Translations under genes and position numbers: made by a program
The notes under the pieces: generated by a model
Told to the model about the DNA's origin: nothing
The model's input: the letters and a program-made list of their open reading frames with translations, nothing else
Database searches by the model: none
Source of the DNA: Leucoraja erinacea
Taxonomy: Eukaryota
DNA length: 64,000 nucleotides
Direction: 5' to 3'
Assembly: GCF_028641065.1 (NCBI RefSeq)
Contig: NC_073386.1
Span: forward strand, 40,796,001 to 40,860,000
Shown here: piece after piece, positions 1 through 11,340 of the stretch
How positions within the stretch are numbered: the stretch's first letter is position 1
Layout: each line of letters begins with the position of its first letter

Positions 1-51
1 GAGTGGATGCAAAAGTAGGATAACATAGAATTGGTGTGAAGGGGTGTTTGG

Positions 52-345
52 TTTAGAGTTACAGCATGGAAACAGGCCCTTTGGCCCACTGAGTCCAAGG
101 CTAACAGCGATTCACCTACACCACCTCTATCCTACACACTAGAAACAATTTACAGTTTTTACTGAAGCCGATTAACCTACAAACCTTTACGTCTTTGGAG
201 TGTGGAAGGAAATCGGAGTACCCATAAAAAACCCACACCATCACATGGACAGCGTAAAACTCCGTACGGGCATCACCTGTAGTCGGGATCGAATCCGAGT
301 CTCTGGCGCTGTAACGCAGGAACTCTATTGCTGCACCATCGTGCC
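52..345 (-). mobile_element. tRNA-derived V-SINE (HE1-like)
   Basis: tRNA-like head with GGTTCGATCC-type B box, V-domain CTCCG.TTTCCT.CCACA, CR1-like tail GGGCC.AAGGGCCTGTTTCC. Confidence 0.75.
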
Positions 346-1129
346 ATTCTATGGTGATCGATGGTCGGCATGGACTCGGTGGGCCAAAGGGCCTTTTTCC
401 GGGCTGTATCTTTCAATATATTGCATCGCATTGGTGCCTGCTGGCAGTCCCGTAGTCGAGCAGCATTTCTGCTGGGGAAAACCACGGGGCCTTTGAGACT
501 TCATACAAGTTTTCCAACCCAGGTATTATCTGTAAGTGTCATGAGGATCAAGTGAATTGGAGCAGACAGCAGTGCTGCGTCAGTAAGCTTCATCGCAGGA
601 AATGAGGAGGGATTTGCTGTGGGATTTATTGCGTTTATTTCACAGATGTTGCCCTAAAATCGTGCTGGATTTTAATGCTGCCAGTCTTTTATGGCCTCAA
701 ACATGTTTCAAATATTTCACCGGGACTTGCAAGAGAAATAAGTCTGCTTGTGAAGTGGATCTTTTCAAAAAGACAGAAGCAGGGTGTTTTTGTTAATGGG
801 GATGTTTTAATCCATTGCTTCTGGATCACTATGTCACTGGCCTTGCCAGTGTTTATTGCACTCTCCTCGATACCCAATGAACAGAATGGAGATAAGAGAT
901 GCTGCCTGGCGCGCTGGGTTACTCCGGCACTTTGTGTTTGTCTTCGGCTTAACACATGAAAAGAATTGCTTGTTTGCCCATGTCAGAAGAGAAACAGTAG
1001 TGGGTCTGGAATCACAAACTGGGCCAGACTTGGTGAGGATGACAGGTTCGGGGGCGGGTGGCGGGGGGGGGGGGGGGGGGGGATGTTCAGTGCATGTATG
1101 AGAGAGAACAAGTCACACAGACATGGGCA

Positions 1130-3139
1130 GGCAAAAAGGCAGAATTAGTGAACCAGATTATGAAAAAGGCATTTATTGACAAAAAAAAAAGGCATTAAAA
1201 CGCATGTTTTTCCACCAACAAAATATGGTTAAAAATGATAATATAAAGGTATACTACATTAAATGACTAAAGTTGCCTGGTCGCACATAATTACTAGCAT
1301 TTTTTTTCAAATTATCTGGTGTGTGTCGTCTATGCCTATGCCGTCTGTCAGACAGAATATGCTTCAGTTGTGAAAAACTTATTTCTACCTCAGCTGAGGT
1401 TACTAGTGCATACCTGAAACTAGCTACAGACTCTATATTTTCTGTCGATATCTTGTGCATTACTATTACCTTTGAGAATTTTAGCTATGTTTTGTGTTTC
1501 TTCAAGATCCTTGTTACCTAAAATCACTCTCTCACATTTTCCTTGTATGTCTTTACCTACATCGCCAGGAATTTTACGAATATCGTCAGTTACTTTGTTA
1601 AAAACCTGCACATTATTCACTAATGTTCGCCATGTTTCTCAAGGGAAGTAATAGCTTGTGGGAAGTTTGCAAAATTGGAAGCAATAAACACAAGATCGCA
1701 GTGAAGAGACTTTTACTGCATGATTTTACAGACGATCCTGACTGCAGCAGATTCGTCTTTTTCAAAACAGTTGACGATTTCTTTTATCTTTTCAAAATTT
1801 GCAGCATAGTAGAGTACAGCAGAGAGCCATGTACCCCACCTAGTCAAAGTGGGCTTAGGAGGTAGCGGAATCTCTGGTGCTATTTCCTTGAACAACATGT
1901 GACGGTGCTTTGAGGAAGATTTTCTTGACATTGGAAACTAGGCGATCAACATTTGGAAACAAGCTACATATATGCTTGCCAATTCTATGAAGTCCTTGAG
2001 CTAAGCATGTCAAATGCAACATTTTGGGGATTAAAACTTTAAGAGCACGAGTAGTTTTTTTCATGTACGGAGCTGCATCAGTTACAAACAGAAGAACATT
2101 CTCGTGTTTTATACCTTCTGGCCAAAGTACAGCAAGTGAAGATGTAAACAACTGAGCAATAGTTGAGCTGTTTGACTTCCCCAATACTTCCAATGTGAAA
2201 AATACTCCTTTGATGGTTGCCTCCAGTGTACCGATGACCACATTGGCAACATATCTCCCCACATTGGTTGTCTCGTTTATTGCGATCCATATTTTGTTGC
2301 ATGCAATTTCATCTCTAATTTTCTGCACAACAATGTTGAAGTTGCTGTCAACATAATTCTTCCATAATGACGACTCGCTTGATATATGTTGTGTATTTCT
2401 CTAAAAAACCTTTGAGAGATTTGTTTTCCAATTTCCACAATGGAATTCCAGCATCAATGAATGCCTTGCACAGATCACTCAAACTCAGATTTGCGACTGG
2501 AGCCAATAGTGAGGAGACAAGCTTGGGTATTTCGCTTGGGTAGTCTACACCCCAGCGGTATCAACATTGACTTCTCTAATTTTAGATAGCTCGTGCCTTT
2601 TTCCAACTCCCCTTCCCCCTTCCCAGCTCTCCTTCTAGTCCTACTGTCTGTTCCTCGTCCTTTCTTTTTCCCCGCCCCTCCCACATCAGTCTGAAGAAGG
2701 GTCTCGACTCGAAACGTTGCCTATTCCTTCTCTCCATGGATGCTGCCTCACCCACTGAGTTTCTCCAGCATTTTTTGTCTACCTTCGATTTTTCCAGCAT
2801 CTGCAGTTCTTTCTTAAATAGATCTTGGAGAAGACTGAACCAGCGGGCAGCGGCACAAAGAAATGAACGACCGACGCCCCCGGTTTTGCCCCGGTGGTGG
2901 TGGACATTTTCTTGTAAGTTATACTATGTTAACACGTTAATAATAACATTAATATTAACGTGTTAACATAGAAAACGTCATTGTGATCACGGTACAACTA
3001 GAGAAAATAGCACAACCTTTTAGCAAAATGGCAAAAAAAGTGATTTACGCACTCGATCGTGAAAAAGGCATTATCCTGGTGAAATCATCAAAAAAGGCAT
3101 GAAAAGGCACATGGCATTTATGGCAAAATCCTGGCTCTA
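1130..3139 (-). mobile_element. Decayed hAT-superfamily DNA transposon (DUF659 / CGGBP-like transposase)
   Basis: Frameshifted minus-strand pieces: IWIAINETT..GRYVANVVIGTL, LLFVTDAAPYM, HLTCLAQGLHR, LPPKPTLTRWGTWL, VTSAEVEISFSQLKHILSDRR; subterminal AAAAGGCA repeats at both ends; interrupted by a Penelope insertion. Confidence 0.8.
2522..2820 (+). mobile_element. Penelope-like element 3' end (GIY-YIG C-terminus + hammerhead-like motif)
   Basis: Encodes FRLGSLHPSGINIDFSNFR*, then a pyrimidine tract, CTGAAGAAGGGTCTCGACTCGAAACGTT (2691-2718) and the family tail CCAGCATCTGCAGTTC. Confidence 0.75.
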
Positions 3140-3307
3140 GTAATAACCATTTGACAAAATAGTGATATGAGCACAGGGGAGGGGGTGAAAGAAGAGGGGG
3201 GAGGAGGGGGGAGGGGGAGGGGGAGGGTTGTTAGAGATGACCCAAAAGACATCTTATGATGTCTTTGGTGTTTCAGTCTCCCATATCCTAGTGATGTGCT
3301 GGTAGGA

Positions 3308-3505
3308 AAGACACAAATGCTGGAGTAACACAGTGGGTCAGGCAGCATCCCTGGAGAACATGGATAGGTGACGTTTTGGGTCAGTTTGAAGATGGATCCA
3401 GACACGAAACATCATCTATCCACGATCTCCAGAGATACTGCCTGACCCAATGAGTTACTCTGGCATGTTGTGTCTTTTTGTTGTAACCCAGCATCTGCAG
3501 TTCCT
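3308..3505. mobile_element. Palindromic (inverted + direct) short Penelope-derived element
   Basis: Minus copy 3308-3380 abuts plus copy 3382-3505 of the same family. Confidence 0.7.
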
Positions 3506-4604
3506 TATCTCGACATTTTGATGTGCTGGTAGGTTGACTGGTCAACGTAAATTGCCCCAATGTGGGAAAGTGGCAAAAGCATCAAAGGGCAGTTGTTAGC
3601 ATGTGGGAGAGACTGGGTTACAGAGCTGCAGGAGAGATGGGGGAAGGACACTGACGAGATTATTCCACTGGGAAACGGCACAGAGCGATGGTCCTCTCCT
3701 GTGTGTAGGGAAGGAAAGTTGTGACTCCAGCCCCCACATTGCAGCTGCGAATGTTTGTGTCGATCGCTTTCCCTTCTCTCCACCACCGGCCCAGTCACCG
3801 GGAGGGAGTTTGCAGCTGGGATCTCTGACGCCCATGGCTGCAGCTGCCTGCATCAGCTCTGCCTGAGCAACCGTGTTAAGCACCACCCTGGCTCCTGGTG
3901 CAAGAGGTGGGGTGTGTGGGGGGGTGTGGGCAGCCTAGAGAGCACACCGTCAGCAAGATGGGGATGGGGAACAGTGCAGTCGATGGAGGAGAGAATTGTC
4001 TGTATCCGTCCAACTGCCAGCTACTGTGGGGTGGAATTAACAGCCCTTGTTAAGTTGACTTGCCTTCCTCTCGACATTGATGAAGTGCTCGCTGGTACGA
4101 GCTCCTCAGACCCACTTCAGAGTGGCTTTTGATAAATGCCTCCCTGCCAAGGCAGCAGTGGAATATCTCATTTTCTGTCTTACAATCTAATCACGGCATG
4201 AATAATTCATGTTCCGTGGCTCTCAATATTAAACACATTTGCAGTAATGTCCATACTTTTCGCCATAAATCATTGGTGATTGATTTGATTTGAGCTGCTT
4301 CGAGGGGCCTCAGAATCTGGCTGATTAGCATATGGTAAATGGGAAAAATCCTGTCACCGTTCCCTCTTAATCCTGACCCCAAGATAAACATCTCAGCTGA
4401 AATAGGTTTACTTAAAGGTCTTCAGTTGGAGCCCCTGGGGCTTCTGTATCAATGCCTCTTCTTCATTCACTGCAGATGTGTGAGATATGCATTGTCCCGG
4501 GCCTTCTGTAAATACTGGCACACTCCTTGGTCTCTCCCGCTCGCTCGCATGCTGACAACTCTCCCTAGGAATCGTTTGCTAAATTTTACGATTAATCCGT
4601 AGAT

Positions 4605-4992
4605 AGAGTCATGAAGTCATACAGCGTGGAAACGGGCATTTCAGCCCAACTCGCCCACAATGGCCAACATGTCCCATCTACATTAGTCACACCTGCCTAC
4701 ATTCAGACCATATCCCTCCAAGGTACACAAAATTGCTGGAGAAACTCAGCGGGTGCGGCAGCATCTATGGATCGAAGGAAATAGGCGACGTTTCGGGCCG
4801 AAACCCTTCTTATCCCTCCAAACCTGTTTTATCCATGTACCTGTCTAAATTTTTCTTAAACATTGCGATAGTACCAGCCTGAACTAATTCCTCAGGCAGC
4901 CTGTTCTATATACCCACCACCCTTTGTGTGAAAAAGTTACCCCTCAGTTTCCTATTAAATCCTTCCCCTCCTCACCTTAAACTTATGTCCTC
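4605..4992 (-). mobile_element. CR1/HER1-like LINE 3' end
   Basis: Reverse strand ...ERFNRKLRGNFFTQRVVG-like coding end plus GGGC(C/T)GAA.GGCC.GTTTCC tail. Confidence 0.7.
4722..4810 (-). mobile_element. Short Penelope-derived insertion with 11-bp TSD inside a CR1 tail
   Basis: TATCCCTCCAA at 4711-4721 and 4811-4821 flanks the family sequence. Confidence 0.8.
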
Positions 4993-5142
4993 CGGGACTG
5001 ATGACAGAAGTGGTTTGCACATGTGGCCGGAATATAGGGGTGAGCTCTCCTGCTCCCTTGGACAGTCGAACGAATTGTAGAGCCAGCACTTCGATACGTG
5101 CTGCCCCATGAGGAGAGGGCAGCAGGGCTGGGGGAGGAGGGG

Positions 5143-5175
<33 letters not shown>

Positions 5176-5539
5176 GTGAGGGCAGTCAAGGCTGAAAACG
5201 TCAGACCTAATCCTCTTTTTCAATCTAATTCCACGCACCAACAGACTCAGGAACAGCTTCTTGCCCCCTATTATCAAACTTTTGTAATGTCCTTCCATAG
5301 GCTTGGGGTACAGTCCCGATTCTCCAACCCTACCTCATGTTGACTTTGGACTTTTGCCACTGAGACGGTTAGACTATGCTGAGAACTGTATCTCTCCTTT
5401 CACTCTACTTTTTGCACTTGTATTTGGCTTGATTGTATTTATATGTATCGGATTGTCTGATTTAATTGGGTAGCACACAAATAAACGTTTTCACTGAACT
5501 TCAGCACTCGTGACAATAATAAACCGTAAAACTAAGTGA

Positions 5540-6210
5540 GCGGTCTCATGGCCCTCCGTTTCTTCCTCCAACAGAACCCCGATCAATTTCCCTCTACTAA
5601 CACTCTCCTCTGTCTGGTAGAACCTGTCCTCACCCTCAACATTGATTGAATTGATTGAATTCCTTTATTGTCATTCAGACCTTACGGTCTGAACGAAATT
5701 TCGTGCCTGCAGTCATACATAAAATAATACAATAATAAACAACAATAAACACAAATTAACATCCACCACAGTGAGTCCTCCAAACACCTCCTCACTGTGG
5801 TGGAGGCAAAAATCTTAGGGCTGCAGTCTTCCCTCCTCTTCTCCCTCTGCGCTGAGGCGATTCCCCACCGGGCGACGGTACAAACAGTCCCGCAGCTCAC
5901 CGAACCCTGCGAACGGGCCGGTTCAAACACTGCGGTTCAACAACATCTCCTTTGGCTCCTCTCACTTCCTACAAGTTAAAGGAGTAGCCATGGCCACTTG
6001 CATGGGTCTCAGCTATGCCTGCCTTTTTATTGGTTACATCAAACAATCCTCGTTTCAGGCGTACACTGGCCTCAATGACTGCATCAGGGCTGCCATCGTG
6101 CGGAATTCGTGGATTTCATTAACTGGCAATTCACATTGTCACCTTTCCGTGCCCGCTAGAGATGCTGCTTGACCTGCTGAGTTGCCCCAGCACATTGTGT
6201 CCTTTTGTGC
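5540..6210 (+). mobile_element. Penelope-like reverse transcriptase fragment, interrupted by a Rex1-type tail (about 5642-5935, -)
   Basis: ALRFFLQQ...TLLCLVEPVLTLN / NNISFGSSHFLQVKGVAMATCMGLSYACLFIGY matches the PLE RT QxxGxAMG motif. Confidence 0.7.
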
Positions 6211-8619
6211 AGTATAGATTTGGTGTGTTGAAATCCGTAACCTTTGGAGAGTCATTTTGGTTCCTGCCCAACCACTTACAGGGGTCAACAACGCTCTCAA
6301 ATTAAACCGTTGCAAAGATAAAGTGCATCAAAAATGTTGCCTGGCACCATCAGTAGACCATACATGTTGGGATTTCCAACTTATTTAAAAAAACAAAACA
6401 ATATTCTCAACAATTTTACACCAGTATTTTCTTTGTGGATTAGGATGGGGGTGGTCTCACTATTTTGAAAAGAAAAGGAAGATGGTGATTCTGCTGATGC
6501 TGTCGGCTGCAAGTGGTTTCCTTGGAGACGAGTTATTGCTGTTAAGTGACTAAGGGGCAAGACATGAAGGCCGGCTACATCGTTGGTTGATCTCTGATTG
6601 GTCCCGCTGCACGATGACGAGACATCACTAATGAGCACACGTCTAATTTTAACCTTCAGCCCTACAAGGAACGACTGGTAAAAAATACAATCTGGCATCT
6701 TGTTTACACTGTGCTAAAACCCTGCATCTAATGAATGGCTCTGTGGTGCCGCTCTCTGTTGCAAGGGTAGATGGAGTTGTCACTCTGAGCTCAGCAGGCA
6801 GGCAGGCAGCACAGCCAGTAACTGGTTAACTGGCCAGTTAGTCGGATGTTTGCAGTGAAGAGGAGAATTGGGTTGGAAATGGGAATGATCTTTCATATCC
6901 AGTTGGACTTAGTTTTAATTTAGTTTGGTTTAAAGCTACAGCTTGGAAATAGGTTCTTCGTCCCACCGAGTCCATGCTGACCATCGATCACTCATTCACA
7001 CCAGTTCCCTGTTATCCCACTTTCGCATCCACTCCCTGCACATTAGGGGCGATTTTTACCTACAAATTGGGCCAATTAACCTGCCATGTCTTTGGGACGT
7101 GGGAGGAAACCAGAGCCACCCGATGGAAACCCACAGGGGGTCTGTGCAAACTCCACTCAGACAGCGCCTGAGGTCAGGATCGAACTCGGGTGTCTGGAGG
7201 TGTGTGGCAACTGCATGGAGTTTCTCCCTGTGACCACATGGTTTTTCCTGAGTGCTCCGGCTTCCACCCACACTCCAAAGACGTACAAGTTTGTAGATTG
7301 ATTTGGCTTTGCTAAATAAAATTGTAAATTTCCCCCAGCGTGTAGAATAGTGTTAGCGTACGTGACGATCGCTAGTCGTAACGGACTCGGTGGGCCAAAG
7401 GGCCCGTTTCCTGAATCTAAAGTCTAAATCTCAGTATCTAGTCTGGGGCGTGCACTCGGGAACGTGAACGTTCCAATACGATCATCAGAAATTTGGAAGT
7501 GCTGTCTTTCCACTCCCTAAACCTCACAGCCCCTCCATTCCCCCCCACCCTCCCACAGCCCTGCTGCAACCTCACGCTCTCCTCTGATGTGAAGGTGAAC
7601 ATTGAGGGGCTATCAGAGGTCTCTAGGTTAGGTTGTGGTTTTACACTGAATGTGTAAAGTCCCTGCTTCTGAGTATTCAGTGAAATCAGATGGATCGCTT
7701 TAAATCCTTGAGTTTTCCTCATGGCTAATTTACATTGTAATTGCTGGTGATGAATGTATCCTCCCACGGTTTGGAATCAATATTCTGTCACTGGGTGTAT
7801 TTAGCGGAACATTTGAACAAGATTGCCAGCCAGTGCCAACTGCTGGATCTAGCCAGGGGCACAAGCAGCTTGGGAATGCGAAGGAGGGGCTGGGGGTGGG
7901 GTGCGGTAGGGGGAGGGGGAGGAAGGGCTGTGGAACCAGAGAGGGCGAGTGCAAGAAGGGGAGCGGGGACAGACTGGTGAGTAGGTGAAGTGGGAGCGGG
8001 GGGGCCTCAAGATGCATGGAGTGGGGAACGAGCCTGGTGGCAGTTTAGGAGCAAGACCCAGAGTGGGGCTGAGTGTAGAATGGTGCGGCACAAGGTGTAC
8101 AAAATGGGAGGCGGCAAGTGGAAGATAGGAAGCGGACCACCGGAGACAGAGGCGGGTGCGACTGCAAGAGAAGGGCATGAGGGACGTATAAATGCAATGA
8201 AAGTTTAGTGAAACCATCAGCGGTTTTGCCTCTTGTCCTAACTGTTCGGAGAGTTAGGACTCTCCTTACACTGCAAGTCCTGCAGACGTGAACAAAAAAT
8301 CAGACATTATATCAAAGGCTGGACTTTGAGTACGAAGGTAAGCAAAATGGAATTAGGGGAATCCAGGGATATGGGGATGGTGCAGGAAAATGACACTGAG
8401 GTCAAAACAAAACATCAAGTGCTGCAGGACCTCAACAGATCAGGCAGCATCTGTGGAGGGAATCGACTGGCCGGAACCCTTCTTCACACTAGGGATATAA
8501 GATCAGCTATGATTAAACTCAGGAACAGAGCAGGCTTGAGGCGCTGAATGGCCTACCTCTGTGTCTTTTATTCCTATGTAATCAGGAGTTGACCACTCAG
8601 CCACTTGGCCCTGTGGAGT

Positions 8620-9440
8620 TATTAGAGTCATAGAGTCTTACAATGTGCCCACCCCTGGATTAGAGTCATAAATACAGTGTGGAAGCAGGCCCTTCGGCCC
8701 AACCTGCCCAGACCAACATGCCCCATCTACACTAGTCTCACTTGCCTGCATTTGGCCCTTATCCCTCTAAACCTGTCCTATCCATGTACCTGTCTAATTG
8801 CTTCTTCAATTTTACGATAGTCCCTGCCTCAACTACCTCTACCAGTAGCTCGTTCCATATACCCACCACCCTTTGTGTGAAAAAGTTACTCCGCAGATTC
8901 CTATTAAATCTTTCCCCCTTCACCTTAAATCTATGCTCTTTGATTCTCAATTGCTACTTTGGGCAAGAGACTCTGTGTCTACCCAATCTATCCCTCTCAT
9001 GGTTTTGTACATCTCCATAAGATCACCCCACATCCTCCTGCGCTCCAAGGAATAGAGTCCCAGCCTGCTCAACCTCTCCCTATAACTCAGGCCCTCGAAT
9101 CCTGGCAACATCCTCGTAAATCTTCTCCGCGCCTTTTCCAGCTTGACAACATCTTTCCTATAACATAGTGCCCAGAACTGAACATAATGCTCTAAATGCT
9201 GACTCACCAACGATTTATATGAATGCAAAATGACCTCCCAACTTCTACTCTCAATACTCTGACTGATGAAGGCCAATGTGCCAAAAGCCTTCTAGACCAC
9301 GCTATCTACCTGCGTTGCTACTTTCAACAATCTCCTTGATCCGTCTGCTCTACAGCACCCCAGAGTCCTACCTTTTACTGTGTAGGTCCTGACTGTGTTA
9401 GTCTTCCCAAAAGGCAACACTTCACGTTTCTCTGTATTTC
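8620..9440 (-). mobile_element. CR1/HER1-like LINE 3' fragment
   Basis: ORF-track peptides LYKSLV..HLEHYVQFW...RRFTRMLPG...LGLYSLERRR and RFNRNLRSNFFTQRVVGIWNEL. Confidence 0.85.
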
Positions 9441-10217
9441 CTGACTCCTAGCTGGGTGGATTGTTTACATCTGAAGCATTTCCAGAAGCCACCTGTGGGT
9501 TGTGCTATGAAGGCCACATGTTTGGTGTTGGCTGAAGCCTACTGTTTCTCGCTGACTTTGTGACATTCTGGTGTCTCATCCCATCAGTGTCAGAGAGAAC
9601 CCAGATGGCAGATTCAATAGAGGTTAATGTTCCACTGAAGGCAGTCCCTCAGAGCGCTGACGAGGCAGGCACTGTTAAGTCACACAATGGAGCTGATGTG
9701 GACCAGGCCTTTGCAAACACTGGATCCAATTGGACTAAAACCTGAAGCGTTCGATTTTAATTTCAATTTCCGTCCAATTGCACATAAATAACTGGGTGCT
9801 GCAGCGTAAATTCACATCACCGCTTGAGGAATGGCACGCTGTTACATGGTGCGCCACAGTAAAAAAACATCCACTTCAAGTGAAAATATACAATTGAGGG
9901 GTTATGGGGAGAAGTCAGGAGAATGGGGTTGAAAGGTTATGATAGATCAGCCATGATTGAATGGTGGGGTAGACCTGATGGGCTGAATGGCCCGATTCTG
10001 CTCATGCCATGAACATATGAATTCAGTTCGGATTCTAGTTGACTATTGCATAAGATGTATGCACAGCAAGATCTATTGCATAAGGAATGTGGATGGTGCA
10101 TGAGCAAGATCCACTGGGGTTCTATGTACTTGCACTACTGGTCCTGTGCCATGTTATAAGAGTGTTGCCGTTATTACCTGATATCAAGAGACTCAAGGGA
10201 GTTTATTATCATGTGTC

Positions 10218-10800
10218 AAGATACAAGATACAAGATACAAGATACATTTAATTGTCATTTGGACCCCTTGAGGTCCAAACGAAATGCCGTTTCTGCAGCC
10301 ATACATTACAAACACATCAAGACACAACATAATTATTTCACATCGCTGTGATTAAACTTATCTCTCCACTGAATGGTGCTGCCCCCGGCTGAGTTGTGTT
10401 TTAATTGTGCACTGGGGTCTATGTTAGAGCCCCCGGCGTGCGCTGCAGAGTCCCGTGCGCATGTGTTATAAGGAGTTCTTCAACCCCGCGTTCGCCGTTA
10501 GCCTGATAAAGCGGTCAAGGGAGCCGCGGGCTCAAGGGACCTGCCGTTGGAGCCTCCGACTCATGTAGCAGCAGCAGCAGCAGCAGATAGTCCTCCAAAA
10601 CTCGGCTGATCTCCCCGGCTTCTTCCTGTTGGAGGCCGCTCCTCATTGCGGCCCCAACGACAACGGAAACCCGACGAGAAAAGGTCGGGTCTCCAGTGCT
10701 TTGCTTAACAAAAACTACATTAAAACACAGACAGAAAAATAATAAAACGCGGACAAACTGCAGAGGCCGCTGCTGACCAGAGTCGCGCCGCCCACCGGAC
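10218..10800 (-). mobile_element. Probable internally deleted Rex1/Babar-type non-LTR element nested in another Rex1 tail
   Basis: (AAGATAC)n tail, stem-loop TTTGGACC-CCTTGA-GGTCCAAA, GC-rich 5'-like end; host tail resumes near 10920. Confidence 0.45.
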
Positions 10801-10919
10801 GCGACAAGTGCAGTTCACATTTCTCTTAGAAAACACCGCCCAGGAGGTCAGCCTCTCGTGGTTTCCACTGGGGCTCACTCACCTCCCCTCCATTGTAGTA
10901 AAAGGCTATCTATCTATCT

Positions 10920-11340
10920 ATAGGACAATGAAATTCTTGCTTTGCTTTAGCACAACAGAACATAGTAGGCATTTACTACAAAACAGATCAGTGTGTCCAT
11001 ATACCATTGTATAAATATATACTCGCATGAATAAATAAACTGATAAAGTGCAAATAAACAGATTATGGGCTATTAATGTTCAGAGTTTGTCCGAGCCAAG
11101 TTTAATAGTCTGATGGCTGTGGGGAAGTGGCTATTCCTGAACCTGGTCGTTGCAGTCTTCAGGCTCCTGTATCTTCTACCTGAAGGTAGCAGGGGGATGA
11201 GTGTGTGGCCAGGATGGTGTGTGTCCTTGATGAAGCTGCCAGCCTTTTTGAGGCAGCGACTGTGATAGATCCCCTCGATGGACGGGAGGTCAGAGTCGAT
11301 GATGGACTGGGCAGTGTTTACTACTTTTTGTAGTCTTCTT
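10920..11340 (-). mobile_element. Rex1/Babar LINE 3' fragment
   Basis: LQKVVNTAQSII..LPSIEGIYHSRCLKKA..HPGH..LLPSGRRYRSLKT.TTRFRNSHFPTAIRLLN. Confidence 0.85.

Noticed and set aside
1052-1082. Poly-G tracts (also about 5130-5175 and 11600-11620) and a short (CAG)n near 10567-10586
   Set aside because: Simple low-complexity runs, common in this type of genome and error-prone in assemblies; no functional evidence
7690-7728. ATG GAT CGC...TTT CCT CAT GGC (MDRFKSLSFPHG) as possible RXRG exon 1
   Set aside because: It ends in TAA with no donor site; the resemblance to FPAG is weak
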